A stretch of DNA of 64,000 nt from Candidatus Omnitrophota bacterium (GTDB lineage: Bacteria; Omnitrophota; Gorgyraeia; Tantalellales; Tantalellaceae). Shown here piece by piece: positions 1-8,521 of the stretch; positions within the stretch are counted from its first letter, which is position 1, and each line of letters starts with the position of its first letter. The stretch lies in assembly GCA_043823005.1 (NCBI GenBank), contig JBDRBG010000116.1:3989-67988 (forward strand), in the 5' to 3' direction. The notes beneath the pieces are model-generated. The model had not been told where the DNA came from, ran no database searches, and saw only the letters and a program-made list of their open reading frames with translations. The position numbers were made by a program, and so were the translations under genes.

Positions 1-962
1 TTATTGGCGGTGAAACAGAGAAAATCCAGGGTAATGCTCGATCCGGAAAGAGTGGAATAATAATCGCTGAAGTAGATGAAAGTGACGGATATTTTCGCAA
101 TATTAGTACGGATTGCGGCGTTATTACAAATATAGAACGCGAACATATGGAGTTTTATTCATCCTTTGATGACCTTATCGGCGCGTATGGAGATTTTATT
201 TCCGAAATTTCCCCGGATGGGCTTTTAGTGTTTAACGGTGAAGATGAAAGACTTAAAACTCTGGTTTCAGGAATTGCAAAGAAAAAAATGAGTTTCGGGA
301 TAAACGGAGATTTTGATGTTACTTGCTGTAGGTATTCGTATAAACAGGCGATAGAATTCGATTTGATAATAAAAGGCAGTTTCAGCGGAAGGGTTTCAAG
401 TTCTCTTGCAGGAAAATATAACCTTATGAATATATTGGCGGCTTTAACCGTGTGTACAGCAGGAGGATATGATCTTTCCCGGGTAATTGAGGGGATAAAG
501 ACCTTTAAGGGGGTAAGGAGAAGATTTGACTTGATTGGTACGGAAGGCGGGGTGAAAGTAATAGAAGATTACGCGCATCATCCGACTGAGTTGAGGTGTG
601 TACTAAGAGCGGCTAAGGATTTTTCCGGGCAAGGCAGGGTTGTTGCTGTTTTTCAGCCGCATAAGTATACACGGACATTGGATCTAATGAAGGACTTTGC
701 TGAGTGTTTTTATTCGGCGGATATTCTTATGCTTACGGATATTTATTCGGCGGATGAGAAAATAGGGCAAAAGGTTAATGTTAGAGATTTGTATCGGAAT
801 ATTGATAAATCAAGATTTAAGCACACAGCTATTGTTGAAAAAGCAGATATTCCTGACAGGGTTTTAGATATCAGCGAATATGGAGATATTGTTATGGTGC
901 TTGGGGCAGGAGATATCAGAGATGTTTCAGGACGTATACTTAAAAAACTAGCAAGTCATTAG
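1..962 (+). CDS. murC: UDP-N-acetylmuramate--L-alanine ligase MurC, C-terminal part (5' end outside window)
   Basis: Frame 3 is open from nt 3 with no stop. Translation reads ...IAEVDESDGYF...VITNIEREHMEFY... then EDYAHHPTEL and VFQPHKYTRT, typical of the Mur ligase C-terminal domain. Position upstream of murB-ddl-ftsQ fits. Confidence 0.85.
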   Translation, partial: IGGETEKIQGNARSGKSGIIIAEVDESDGYFRNISTDCGVITNIEREHMEFYSSFDDLIGAYGDFISEISPDGLLVFNGEDERLKTLVSGIAKKKMSFGINGDFDVTCCRYSYKQAIEFDLIIKGSFSGRVSSSLAGKYNLMNILAALTVCTAGGYDLSRVIEGIKTFKGVRRRFDLIGTEGGVKVIEDYAHHPTELRCVLRAAKDFSGQGRVVAVFQPHKYTRTLDLMKDFAECFYSADILMLTDIYSADEKIGQKVNVRDLYRNIDKSRFKHTAIVEKADIPDRVLDISEYGDIVMVLGAGDIRDVSGRILKKLASH

Positions 963-1181
963 TCGTTTGTCGTTAGGAGGAAGAGGTGTCTTGTCCTGAA
1001 AATTAGCCGCCAAGGCACGCGCGTTACTAAGAAAAAGAATTGTTTTCTTTGTCATCCCCGAATCAGCCAAAGGCTGATATCGGGGATCCAGAAAAAAGAG
1101 ATTTTTGAAAATTTTGCGTCTTAGTGATTTAGTGGTGCAGAAAAAGTGTAAACTTTTTTAGGACGAGACAAGGAAAAAAGA

Positions 1182-2105
1182 ATGGTAAGTGAACATATAA
1201 AAACAAAGATTAAGGGAATATGCGGCAAACACGGCGGCAATGTTCTTTTTGACCATTCGCTTTTAAAATACAGTACAATAGGAATCGGGGGCAGGGCTGA
1301 TGTTTTGTATTTTCCTTTTTCTCCGGAGGAATTGCGAGAAACAATGAGTTATTTGCGGGAGCAAAATGTTTCAACTACAGTGATGGGAAGAGGAAGCAAT
1401 ATGTTGATTCCTGACAGCGGGCTGCGTGGTGTAGTTGTCAATTTTAATGTTCCATTTTTTAGAAAAATTTCTATTGAAGGAACAAATGTCACGGCAGGCG
1501 CAGGAGTGTTTTTAGGTAAACTGATCGCGGAATGTTTTGGATATGGACTTGCCGGGATAGAAGGACTGATCGGTATTCCTGGAACTGTCGGGGGTGCCTT
1601 AAAGATCAATGCGTCGTATCAAACGGCTGTTAGCGACAGGCTGCTGCGTCTTATGATTATTAATGGAGATAATGAAATTCAATGGTTAGAAAAAAAAGAT
1701 ATTGAATTTGGCTATAGATATTCGTCTCTTGAAGAAAATGATATTATTCTTCAAGCTGTTTTTTTTCTTGATAAAGATGCGCCTGATAGAATTAGAAAAA
1801 AAATGAAGAGTTTTTTAACCGAGAAATTAAATAAACAGCCTATGGATAAAAGGACTCTTGGTTGTATCTTTAAAAATCCTGTAGATAGCAACTATACAAG
1901 CGCTCAGATGTTAGATAAATGCGGATTAAAGGGGTTTGAGATAGGAGGTGCCCGGATTTCACGAAAACACGCTAATTTTATTATAAATACCGGCAAGGCC
2001 GGGAGCGGGGATGTAGTTGATCTTATGGAGAAGATGAGGCAACAGGTTTTTGAGAAATTTTCAGTTGAACTTGAACCGGAGATTCAGATACTGGATAGTG
2101 AATAG
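1182..2105 (+). CDS. murB: UDP-N-acetylenolpyruvoylglucosamine reductase MurB
   Basis: 307 aa with FAD-binding GIGGRADV...MGRGSNML motifs. AAGGA Shine-Dalgarno 8 nt upstream. Sits in the dcw order. Confidence 0.88.
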   Translation: MVSEHIKTKIKGICGKHGGNVLFDHSLLKYSTIGIGGRADVLYFPFSPEELRETMSYLREQNVSTTVMGRGSNMLIPDSGLRGVVVNFNVPFFRKISIEGTNVTAGAGVFLGKLIAECFGYGLAGIEGLIGIPGTVGGALKINASYQTAVSDRLLRLMIINGDNEIQWLEKKDIEFGYRYSSLEENDIILQAVFFLDKDAPDRIRKKMKSFLTEKLNKQPMDKRTLGCIFKNPVDSNYTSAQMLDKCGLKGFEIGGARISRKHANFIINTGKAGSGDVVDLMEKMRQQVFEKFSVELEPEIQILDSE

Positions 2106-2287
2106 TGGTGTTTGGTGAATAATAGTTGGTGAATGGTTGATGGCGAACAGAATGAAGGGCGGGACAGGTTTACTGTAGTAGTGTAAACCTAGGATTAAAC
2201 CCGTCCCATGTATTTTTATTTCTATTTGTCTTTGCGAGGAGGAACGAAGTGACGACGCGGCAATCTCGGGGAGAATAAGAGTTTTTT

Positions 2288-3214
2288 ATGGAAAAAAATT
2301 TGTTAAAAGATTATAAAATAGGCATACTAGCCGGGGGAAGTTCTCACGAGAGAGCAGTAAGTCTTAAAAGCGGAACTGCTGTTAAGCTTGCGCTGGAAAG
2401 AATAGGGCTTAACGTAATATTTCTTGATGTAAAAGAAGAGACTTTTTGTGCTTTGATAGATGAAAATAATATAGATGTGGCTTTTATTGCTTTACATGGG
2501 AAGTTCGGTGAGGATGGAACGGTTCAGCGGATACTTGAAGCGAAAAACATTTTGTATACAGGATCCGGGCCGGATGCGTCAGGCCTTGCAATGGATAAAC
2601 TGAGGTCTAAAAAGGTATTTGAAACCAGTGCGATTTCTATCCCCGGTTATCAAGCTTTGTCTAAGGATCAAGATATAAATTCGGTTGATATAGGTTATCC
2701 GTGCGTTGTTAAACCTGTAAACGAAGGATCAAGTATAGGCCTTTCAATTGTTCTGTCTGAAAGTGTTATGGCAGACGCTATTGATAAGGCGCGTGTTTTT
2801 GGCGGGGAGGTTATAATTGAAAAATTTATCGAAGGCCGAGAGTTGACCATAGGGGTACTTGATAATGTTCCCCTGCCTGTTGTAGAAATAATAACTGCGT
2901 GCGGCATTTATGATTTTAAAGCTAAGTATGAGTCTTGCAGTACAAGGTATGTTGTTCCGGCCGACTTGAATGAAATATCTTGTAAGTATTTGCAGGGAAT
3001 CGGACTAAAGGCCCATCGAGCGCTTGGATGCAGGGGTTTTTCCAGGGTGGATGTCAGGATGGACGCGGATGGACAAGCGTATGTTCTTGAAGTAAATACT
3101 ATTCCCGGACTTACTGAAAGAAGTTTATTTCCTATGGCGGCAAAAGCAGGCGGATTTGATTTTTCTCGGTTATGTATTAAAATGTTATATGAGGCAGTTA
3201 GTCGGGCTGAGTAG
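2288..3214 (+). CDS. ddl: D-alanine--D-alanine ligase
   Basis: 308 aa ATP-grasp protein: KIGILAGGSSHEREVSLKSG N-terminus and C-terminal EVNTIPGLT. Confidence 0.88.
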   Translation: MEKNLLKDYKIGILAGGSSHERAVSLKSGTAVKLALERIGLNVIFLDVKEETFCALIDENNIDVAFIALHGKFGEDGTVQRILEAKNILYTGSGPDASGLAMDKLRSKKVFETSAISIPGYQALSKDQDINSVDIGYPCVVKPVNEGSSIGLSIVLSESVMADAIDKARVFGGEVIIEKFIEGRELTIGVLDNVPLPVVEIITACGIYDFKAKYESCSTRYVVPADLNEISCKYLQGIGLKAHRALGCRGFSRVDVRMDADGQAYVLEVNTIPGLTERSLFPMAAKAGGFDFSRLCIKMLYEAVSRAE

Positions 3215-3465
3215 AAGGCAATAGATGCAATTCGTTCGTCGTTGGTCGTTCGTCGTTAGTAGGAGCCCTTTGGCGAGGGCGAACAGAATGAAGGGCAGGA
3301 CAGGTTTACTGTAGCAGTGTAACCCTAGGCTTAAACCCGTCCCATGTATTTTTATTTCTATTCGTCATCGCGAGGAAGAACGAAGTCGAAGGGGAGTGCG
3401 GTCCGCCAGAGGCGGATCCGCCTTTGGCGGACAAACTAGGATAGAAGAAATATGAAGGAGGAAAT

Positions 3466-4248
3466 GTGGCGAAAGGCAGAAAAAAAAAGAAAAGAGTGGA
3501 AGCTGAACTTATCGAAGAAAATCCAATAGGAAGGTATATGATGATTTTATTTCTTTGTATTACTTTGATGGCAGGTATTTTTTTCGCGATGCGCCATTTT
3601 TTTCTTAATAGCACTTTTTTTGAAGTGAAAAAAGTTTTTATTAACAATGACCGATACTATCCTTTTATCAAAGAAAATGAGAAGAAACTTCAAGAACTTT
3701 ATGCGGGGCGTAATATTTTCAGTATAAATCTTAATCATGTGAAAATGCTTGCCCGGGAAGATTTTTCCGAATTGAAAAATATAGAAGTAAGTAAGGTTTT
3801 CCCGAATGGAATCAAATTTGATATGGTTACCAGGACGCCTGTTGCGATTATAAGCAGTGCTGATATTGTGATAGATTCGGAAGCAATAGTCTTGGACCGA
3901 CAGGAAAAAAGGGAAGGACTTATAGAAATAAGGGGATTAAACTTTTTTTTGAGAACACCTAAAAAAGGACAAAAGATAAAAAGCAGGGTATTGGATAAAG
4001 TTCTTTTTTTGATAGGAGTTTTGCAGCAGAATATAATAGAGGATAAAACAGTAGTTGAGTATATAGATATTTCGGAAAAGAATAATATTCTTTTCAGTCT
4101 TAATGGTGTAACTATAAAAATGGGTGAAGATGATTTTTTAAGAAAGGCCGGTGTGTTAAGAGAAATTTTAATAGATCCGGATATGGACGTGAATGATATG
4201 AATTATATTGATTTGAGATTTGAAGAGCCGGTAATATCGTTGAAATAG
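3466..4248 (+). CDS. ftsQ: Cell division protein FtsQ/DivIB (POTRA)
   Basis: GTG start 4 nt after AAGGAGG. Lys-rich cytoplasmic N-terminus, one TM helix (MMILFLCITLMAGIFFAM), periplasmic POTRA-like region. Position between ddl and ftsA. Confidence 0.75.
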   Translation: MAKGRKKKKRVEAELIEENPIGRYMMILFLCITLMAGIFFAMRHFFLNSTFFEVKKVFINNDRYYPFIKENEKKLQELYAGRNIFSINLNHVKMLAREDFSELKNIEVSKVFPNGIKFDMVTRTPVAIISSADIVIDSEAIVLDRQEKREGLIEIRGLNFFLRTPKKGQKIKSRVLDKVLFLIGVLQQNIIEDKTVVEYIDISEKNNILFSLNGVTIKMGEDDFLRKAGVLREILIDPDMDVNDMNYIDLRFEEPVISLK

Positions 4249-4453
4249 GATAAAAACAGCTTATTTGGAATAATTTTACAAAAATTAAGTGTTTTGCAAA
4301 ATACAATTTTCACGTCTTTGCGAGGAGCGGAGCGACGCGGCAATCTCAATAAACATAATGTTTTTATTGAAATTGGTTCATTAGTCGCGAGGCTGAATCA
4401 GAGACAAATAAGCTGTTCTGCAGGGGCCATACAAAAATTGTAAAAGGAGGAAA

Positions 4454-5506
4454 ATGGGACGATATTTTGCGGTGCTGGATGCCGGGTGCCAGGGAATAAA
4501 TGCTGTTGCCGCGCAGTGGGGAAAAGATTCGGATTATACGATTGAAGGGTTTTGCCGCGGAGCTTCAAAAGGGTTTAGAAAAGGAAGAGCAATAGATGTT
4601 TCCATGGCAGTTGACAGCATATCAGGGGTTCTTGATATACTGAAAGGGAAAACCGGAAAAAGGATCCAGGATATTTATATGGGAGTAACTTCTGTTTCAA
4701 TAGAAGTTACTCCTTCTTCAGGGATACTTGTTCTTTCAAAATATGGACGGGAAGTTACGTTAAAAGATATCGCGAGATGCAAAAGAATAGCTTCTACGAT
4801 AAAACTTCCGATTAACAGAGAAGTGCTTCATGGCACGGTTAAGGGGTTTTATCTGGATGGGGAAGTAAATATTAAATGGCCGGTTAATTTGGAAGGCGTA
4901 AAATTAGGCGTGGATATGAATGTGATTACTGTTAGTTCGTCTGTTTTGAGCAATTTATCCAAATGTATTTCTCTCGCAGGATATGTTCCTGCCGGTTTTA
5001 TTTTTTCAGGGTTTGCATCCGCATGCAGAGTACTTGATTTCGAGGACAAGGAAGAAGGTACGGCTTTGATTGATATTAGCAGTGATATGACAGAGATTTT
5101 AATCTTTTCTGAAGGACTTTTGGCTGATTGCAAGGTTTTTTCTTCAGGGACGCAGGATTTTTGTCTTAAAAACGACGGTATTAACGGTAATTTAATAGAA
5201 GAATTATGTTCACGTATTACCGGATTACCGTATTGGCAAAAGGTGAATAAGATATCCCTGATAGGAGAAGGAAGCCTTAAAGATAGTTTAATCGAGACGT
5301 TAGAAGAGAGATTTAATATCCCGATTTCTACCGGTGTTTGTAAGGTAAGGCCTTCGGAAGATCTTCCCGCGGACAGGATGGGGTATATCGGAAGTCTTGG
5401 TGTTTTGGATTATTTAACAGAAGAAAGAAGGACAACTCAAACAGACCGAAGCATTATTCCTAGGGGTATTAACGCAGTGATGGGGTTTATTGATAAGTAT
5501 TTTTGA
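4454..5506 (+). CDS. ftsA: Divergent FtsA-like actin-family cell division protein
   Basis: 350 aa, colinear with FtsA (VLDAGCQGI phosphate-1-like; NVITVSSSVLSNLSKCISLAGYVPAGFIFSGFASACRVL matches the FtsA core). The phosphate-2 motif reads DISSDMTE instead of DIGGGTTD. AGGAGG SD upstream. Sits after ftsQ. Confidence 0.7.
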   Translation: MGRYFAVLDAGCQGINAVAAQWGKDSDYTIEGFCRGASKGFRKGRAIDVSMAVDSISGVLDILKGKTGKRIQDIYMGVTSVSIEVTPSSGILVLSKYGREVTLKDIARCKRIASTIKLPINREVLHGTVKGFYLDGEVNIKWPVNLEGVKLGVDMNVITVSSSVLSNLSKCISLAGYVPAGFIFSGFASACRVLDFEDKEEGTALIDISSDMTEILIFSEGLLADCKVFSSGTQDFCLKNDGINGNLIEELCSRITGLPYWQKVNKISLIGEGSLKDSLIETLEERFNIPISTGVCKVRPSEDLPADRMGYIGSLGVLDYLTEERRTTQTDRSIIPRGINAVMGFIDKYF

Positions 5507-5624
5507 TGCTTGATACTTTGTAAAAAATTAATGGGACCTACTTTCAGCCGGGGTTTATACTTTTGCGGGAAACCTGTTGTATATGCTCAGTAAATGGGTA
5601 ACATTTTTAAGATACGATTATTTT

Positions 5625-5753
5625 GTCTTTGCGAGGGAAGAGAAGTAATCTCAATAGAAATAAAAGAGATTGCCGCGCCGTTCGCATGGCTCACGGCTCG
5701 CAAAGACGGGAAAATTGTCTTTGCGAGGGAGCAAGAGCGACCGCGGCAATCTA
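5625..5753. repeat. MITE-like palindromic element, family R1 (GTCTTTGCGAGG...GCGGCAATCTC units in inverted orientation)
   Basis: Forward unit, its reverse complement (GAGATTGCCGCG...CTCGCAAAGACG) and a second forward unit, back to back. Confidence 0.75.
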
Positions 5754-6171
5754 AACAATAATATAGTTTAGTTATAATTAATATTGTTATTATTATTTAA
5801 TATTAATGTGCTCATTTCATGAGTTCGCAAAGACGTTACGACACAGTTTAAATGACGACAGACTGTTTCAAGCAATAAGTTTTCCCTAAAAACTGTTACT
5901 TAATGGTTGAGCACGTACACCTGTCTCGTTTGTGTTTCTGATGCTTACAGGTGAGTTCTCTCTGACCTAAAAAGCCGCCTAAGAGCCAGTTGAAAATCAA
6001 ACTTTTCTTTATTCTTAATGCGTCAATATTCGCCTGAATATTTAAGCTGTTTTTTTTGAAAAAGTTTGCTGGATTATAATTTTAAGCATAACATTGACTT
6101 TACCATTAAAGTGTGATAATTTTAACCAGTAACTATCTCTAAATAATAAGATTATATACAAGGTGTATTTT

Positions 6172-6972
6172 ATGCGGGATATAAGTATCGGTATTATTGG
6201 ATGCGGCAATATGGGGAGTGCTATTGCCGGCGGTATAGTGAAAAAACAAATTATTGAGTTGGATCGTGTCTTTTTATATGACAAAGAAATTAAAAAGGCA
6301 GAAATTTTGTCGCAAAAAATAAAGGCAAAAGTCGTAGAACTCTCTGATTTAGTCAAGTCTTCTGATTTTCTATTGATCGCGGTTAAACCGCAGGATTTTA
6401 GTTCTTTATTAGAAGAACTAGTACAGTATATAGATAAACAGACCATTATTTCTGTTATGGCCGGTATTTCAATGCTGGCAATAAATGATAAAATAAAAAA
6501 AGAAACAGCTATTGCAAGGGTCATGCCTAATATGGCGGCATTTGTCGGAGAAAGTATTACATGTTTGTCATTTAATGATAAAGTTAAAAACCGGCAGGAA
6601 ATAAAAGATATATTTACGGGAATAGGCCAGGTTCTGGAAGTTGATGAAACCTTGTTAGACTCTGTAACGGCATTGGCAGGAAGCGGGCCTGCGTATCTTT
6701 TTTATTTTGCAAAGGCATTGATAGAAGCAGGCGTAGCAATCGGACTTGACGTAAAAACAGCGCAAGAACTTACAATACAAACACTTTACGGAGCGTCATT
6801 GTTATTGAAGGAGACGAAATTTGCTCCGGAAGATCTTATTGAAAAAGTTGCTTCTAAAGGCGGTACTACTGAAGCCGGTCTTAAGGTTTTTGAAGCGGAA
6901 CGAATGAAAGATATTATTAAAACAGCCGTTAAACAAGCTAAAAAACGGGCTGAAGAACTTTGTTTGAGGTGA
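6172..6972 (+). CDS. proC: Pyrroline-5-carboxylate reductase
   Basis: IGIIGCGNMGSAIAGGI Rossmann N-terminus and P5CR C-terminal dimerisation region. ATG at 6172 preferred over the GTG at 6163 (AGGTG 6 nt upstream). Confidence 0.85.
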   Translation: MRDISIGIIGCGNMGSAIAGGIVKKQIIELDRVFLYDKEIKKAEILSQKIKAKVVELSDLVKSSDFLLIAVKPQDFSSLLEELVQYIDKQTIISVMAGISMLAINDKIKKETAIARVMPNMAAFVGESITCLSFNDKVKNRQEIKDIFTGIGQVLEVDETLLDSVTALAGSGPAYLFYFAKALIEAGVAIGLDVKTAQELTIQTLYGASLLLKETKFAPEDLIEKVASKGGTTEAGLKVFEAERMKDIIKTAVKQAKKRAEELCLR

Positions 6973-6976
6973 AGAT

Positions 6977-7273
6977 ATGTTTATTGTCGGGGAATTAATA
7001 AAAAGTTTGGCGTTATTGATCTCATTGCTTTTTAATATTATATATTTTATTCTTGTGATAAGGATTATTTTATCCTGGGTTAACGCGGATCCATATAATG
7101 AAATAGTGCAGATTATTAACAGAATCAGTGATCCTGTTTTAGCTCCGTTTAGAAGATTACCTTTACAGCTTGGCGCGATAGATTTTTCGCCTGTTATTGC
7201 TTTTTTGGTGCTTAGTGTATTGAAAAATTTTATAGTTAATGTGCTTTATCAGATCGCGCAGAGACTGGGATAG
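6977..7273 (+). CDS. yggT: YggT family membrane protein
   Basis: 98 aa, two TM helices, YggT-like sequence. Sits beside proC and DUF167 as in yggS/T/U neighbourhoods. Confidence 0.7.
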   Translation: MFIVGELIKSLALLISLLFNIIYFILVIRIILSWVNADPYNEIVQIINRISDPVLAPFRRLPLQLGAIDFSPVIAFLVLSVLKNFIVNVLYQIAQRLG

Positions 7274-7298
7274 AAAAAGAAGTGTCTTTTGGTGCATA

Positions 7299-7520
7299 AT
7301 GAGAATCAAAATAAGAGTTATTCCAAAATCATCGCGCCAGGAGATTGTTGAAAAAGACGGTATTTTAAAAGTATATGTTAAAGTTGCGCCGGAAAAGGGT
7401 AAAGCAAATAAAGCTGTACAAGGACTTATCGCAAAGAAATACAAGGTAAGAAAAAGCGATGTTACGATTGTTGCCGGCCGGATCGGCAGAGACAAATTAG
7501 TGGAGGTGTCAGCTAGATGA
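7299..7520 (+). CDS. DUF167 (YggU) family protein
   Basis: MRIKIRVIPKSSRQEIVEKDGILKVYVKVAPEKGKANKAV... is a typical DUF167 sequence. The internal ATG at 7299 avoids a long overlap with yggT. Confidence 0.7.
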   Translation: MRIKIRVIPKSSRQEIVEKDGILKVYVKVAPEKGKANKAVQGLIAKKYKVRKSDVTIVAGRIGRDKLVEVSAR

Positions 7521-8380
7521 ACAGGATCGGGATAATCGGGGGACGCGCGCTTTATGATATAGAGGGGATCTCTTTAATCGAAAGAAAACAAATTGAGACT
7601 CCGTTTGGAAAACCGTCGGATGAGTTTGTGATAGGAAAGATAGCAGATAAAGAATGTGTTTTTGTCCCAAGACACGGATCTAAACATTCTCTTTTGCCTA
7701 ATGAAATAAATTATAGAGCTAATATATATGCGTTAAAAGTACTCGGGGTTGACCGGATCTTATCTGTTTCTGCCGTAGGCAGTTTAAAAGAAGAAATACG
7801 GCCTTTAGATGTAGTGCTTGTGGATCAATTTGTGGATAGGACAAATCAGGCAAGAAAGACTACTTTTTTTGGGGACGGAATGGTAGCGCATGTTTCATTC
7901 CGGGATCCGGTCTGTTCCAAACTAAGAGAACTTATTTACAAAAGTAACCGAAAGTTAGACTTAAAGATACATGATGGAGGAACGTACGTAAATATGGAAG
8001 GCCCGGCTTTTTCCACAAAAGCTGAATCGTATCTTTATAAAAGCTGGGGTATGGATATTATAGGCATGACTAATATGCCTGAGGCGCGGTTAGCAAGAGA
8101 AGCCGGTATATGTTATGCTACTATGGCAATGGTTACGGATTATGACTGCTGGTATTTAGGGGCGGAGGTTGAACATGTTTCTGTTGATATGGTAATGGAA
8201 AATCTTAAAAAGAATATAAAAGCGGCTAAACTTATGCTGCGTAATACAATAGCGAATATGCCGGAAAAGTGGGAATGCGGTTGTTCCGAGGCACTTAAGG
8301 ATGCTATTGTAACACGGGCTGAAGCTGTTCCGGCGGAAACAAAAGATAAATTAAGGCCGATTATTAAGGGATTTGTTTGA
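7517..8380 (+). CDS. mtnP: S-methyl-5'-thioadenosine phosphorylase
   Basis: IGIIGG...FGKPSD...FVPRHG...NYRANIYALKVLGV...SVSAVGSL, hallmark MTAP/PNP-family motifs. Confidence 0.85.
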   Translation: MNRIGIIGGRALYDIEGISLIERKQIETPFGKPSDEFVIGKIADKECVFVPRHGSKHSLLPNEINYRANIYALKVLGVDRILSVSAVGSLKEEIRPLDVVLVDQFVDRTNQARKTTFFGDGMVAHVSFRDPVCSKLRELIYKSNRKLDLKIHDGGTYVNMEGPAFSTKAESYLYKSWGMDIIGMTNMPEARLAREAGICYATMAMVTDYDCWYLGAEVEHVSVDMVMENLKKNIKAAKLMLRNTIANMPEKWECGCSEALKDAIVTRAEAVPAETKDKLRPIIKGFV

Positions 8381-8521
8381 TTAGTCGTTGGTTGTTAGTC
8401 GGGAGTCGTTCGTAGCGGCCCTCTTGCAAGGGCGAACGAAAAAGGGAAAAAGGATAAAGGAAAAAGTGAAAAGTCCAGAAAAATGGACCACAGAAACATA
8501 AAAAGAGGTGGAAGGTAGAGA

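Noticed and set aside
1349-1609. Numerous minus-strand ORFs of 60-177 aa (e.g. 1349..1609, 6042..6524, 14817..15236, 15769..16302, 29499..29996, 55158..55469, 57374..57745)
   Set aside because: Each lies antisense inside a confidently identified + strand gene and has low-complexity or Ser/Ile-rich composition with no recognisable family.
5760-6160. Possible small RNA or tRNA in the long ftsA-proC spacer
   Set aside because: There are no tRNA T-loop (GGTTCGAATCC-like) or anticodon-arm features, and no match to common ncRNA signatures I can recognise. It contains a long-range inverted repeat (GTGCTCA...TGAGCAC) consistent with another MITE.
8381-8521. Possible T-box leader upstream of ileS
   Set aside because: It is only ~140 nt and has no AGGGTGGNACCGCG T-box sequence; the region is occupied by the stop-abutting repeat, a hairpin and an AG-rich tract.
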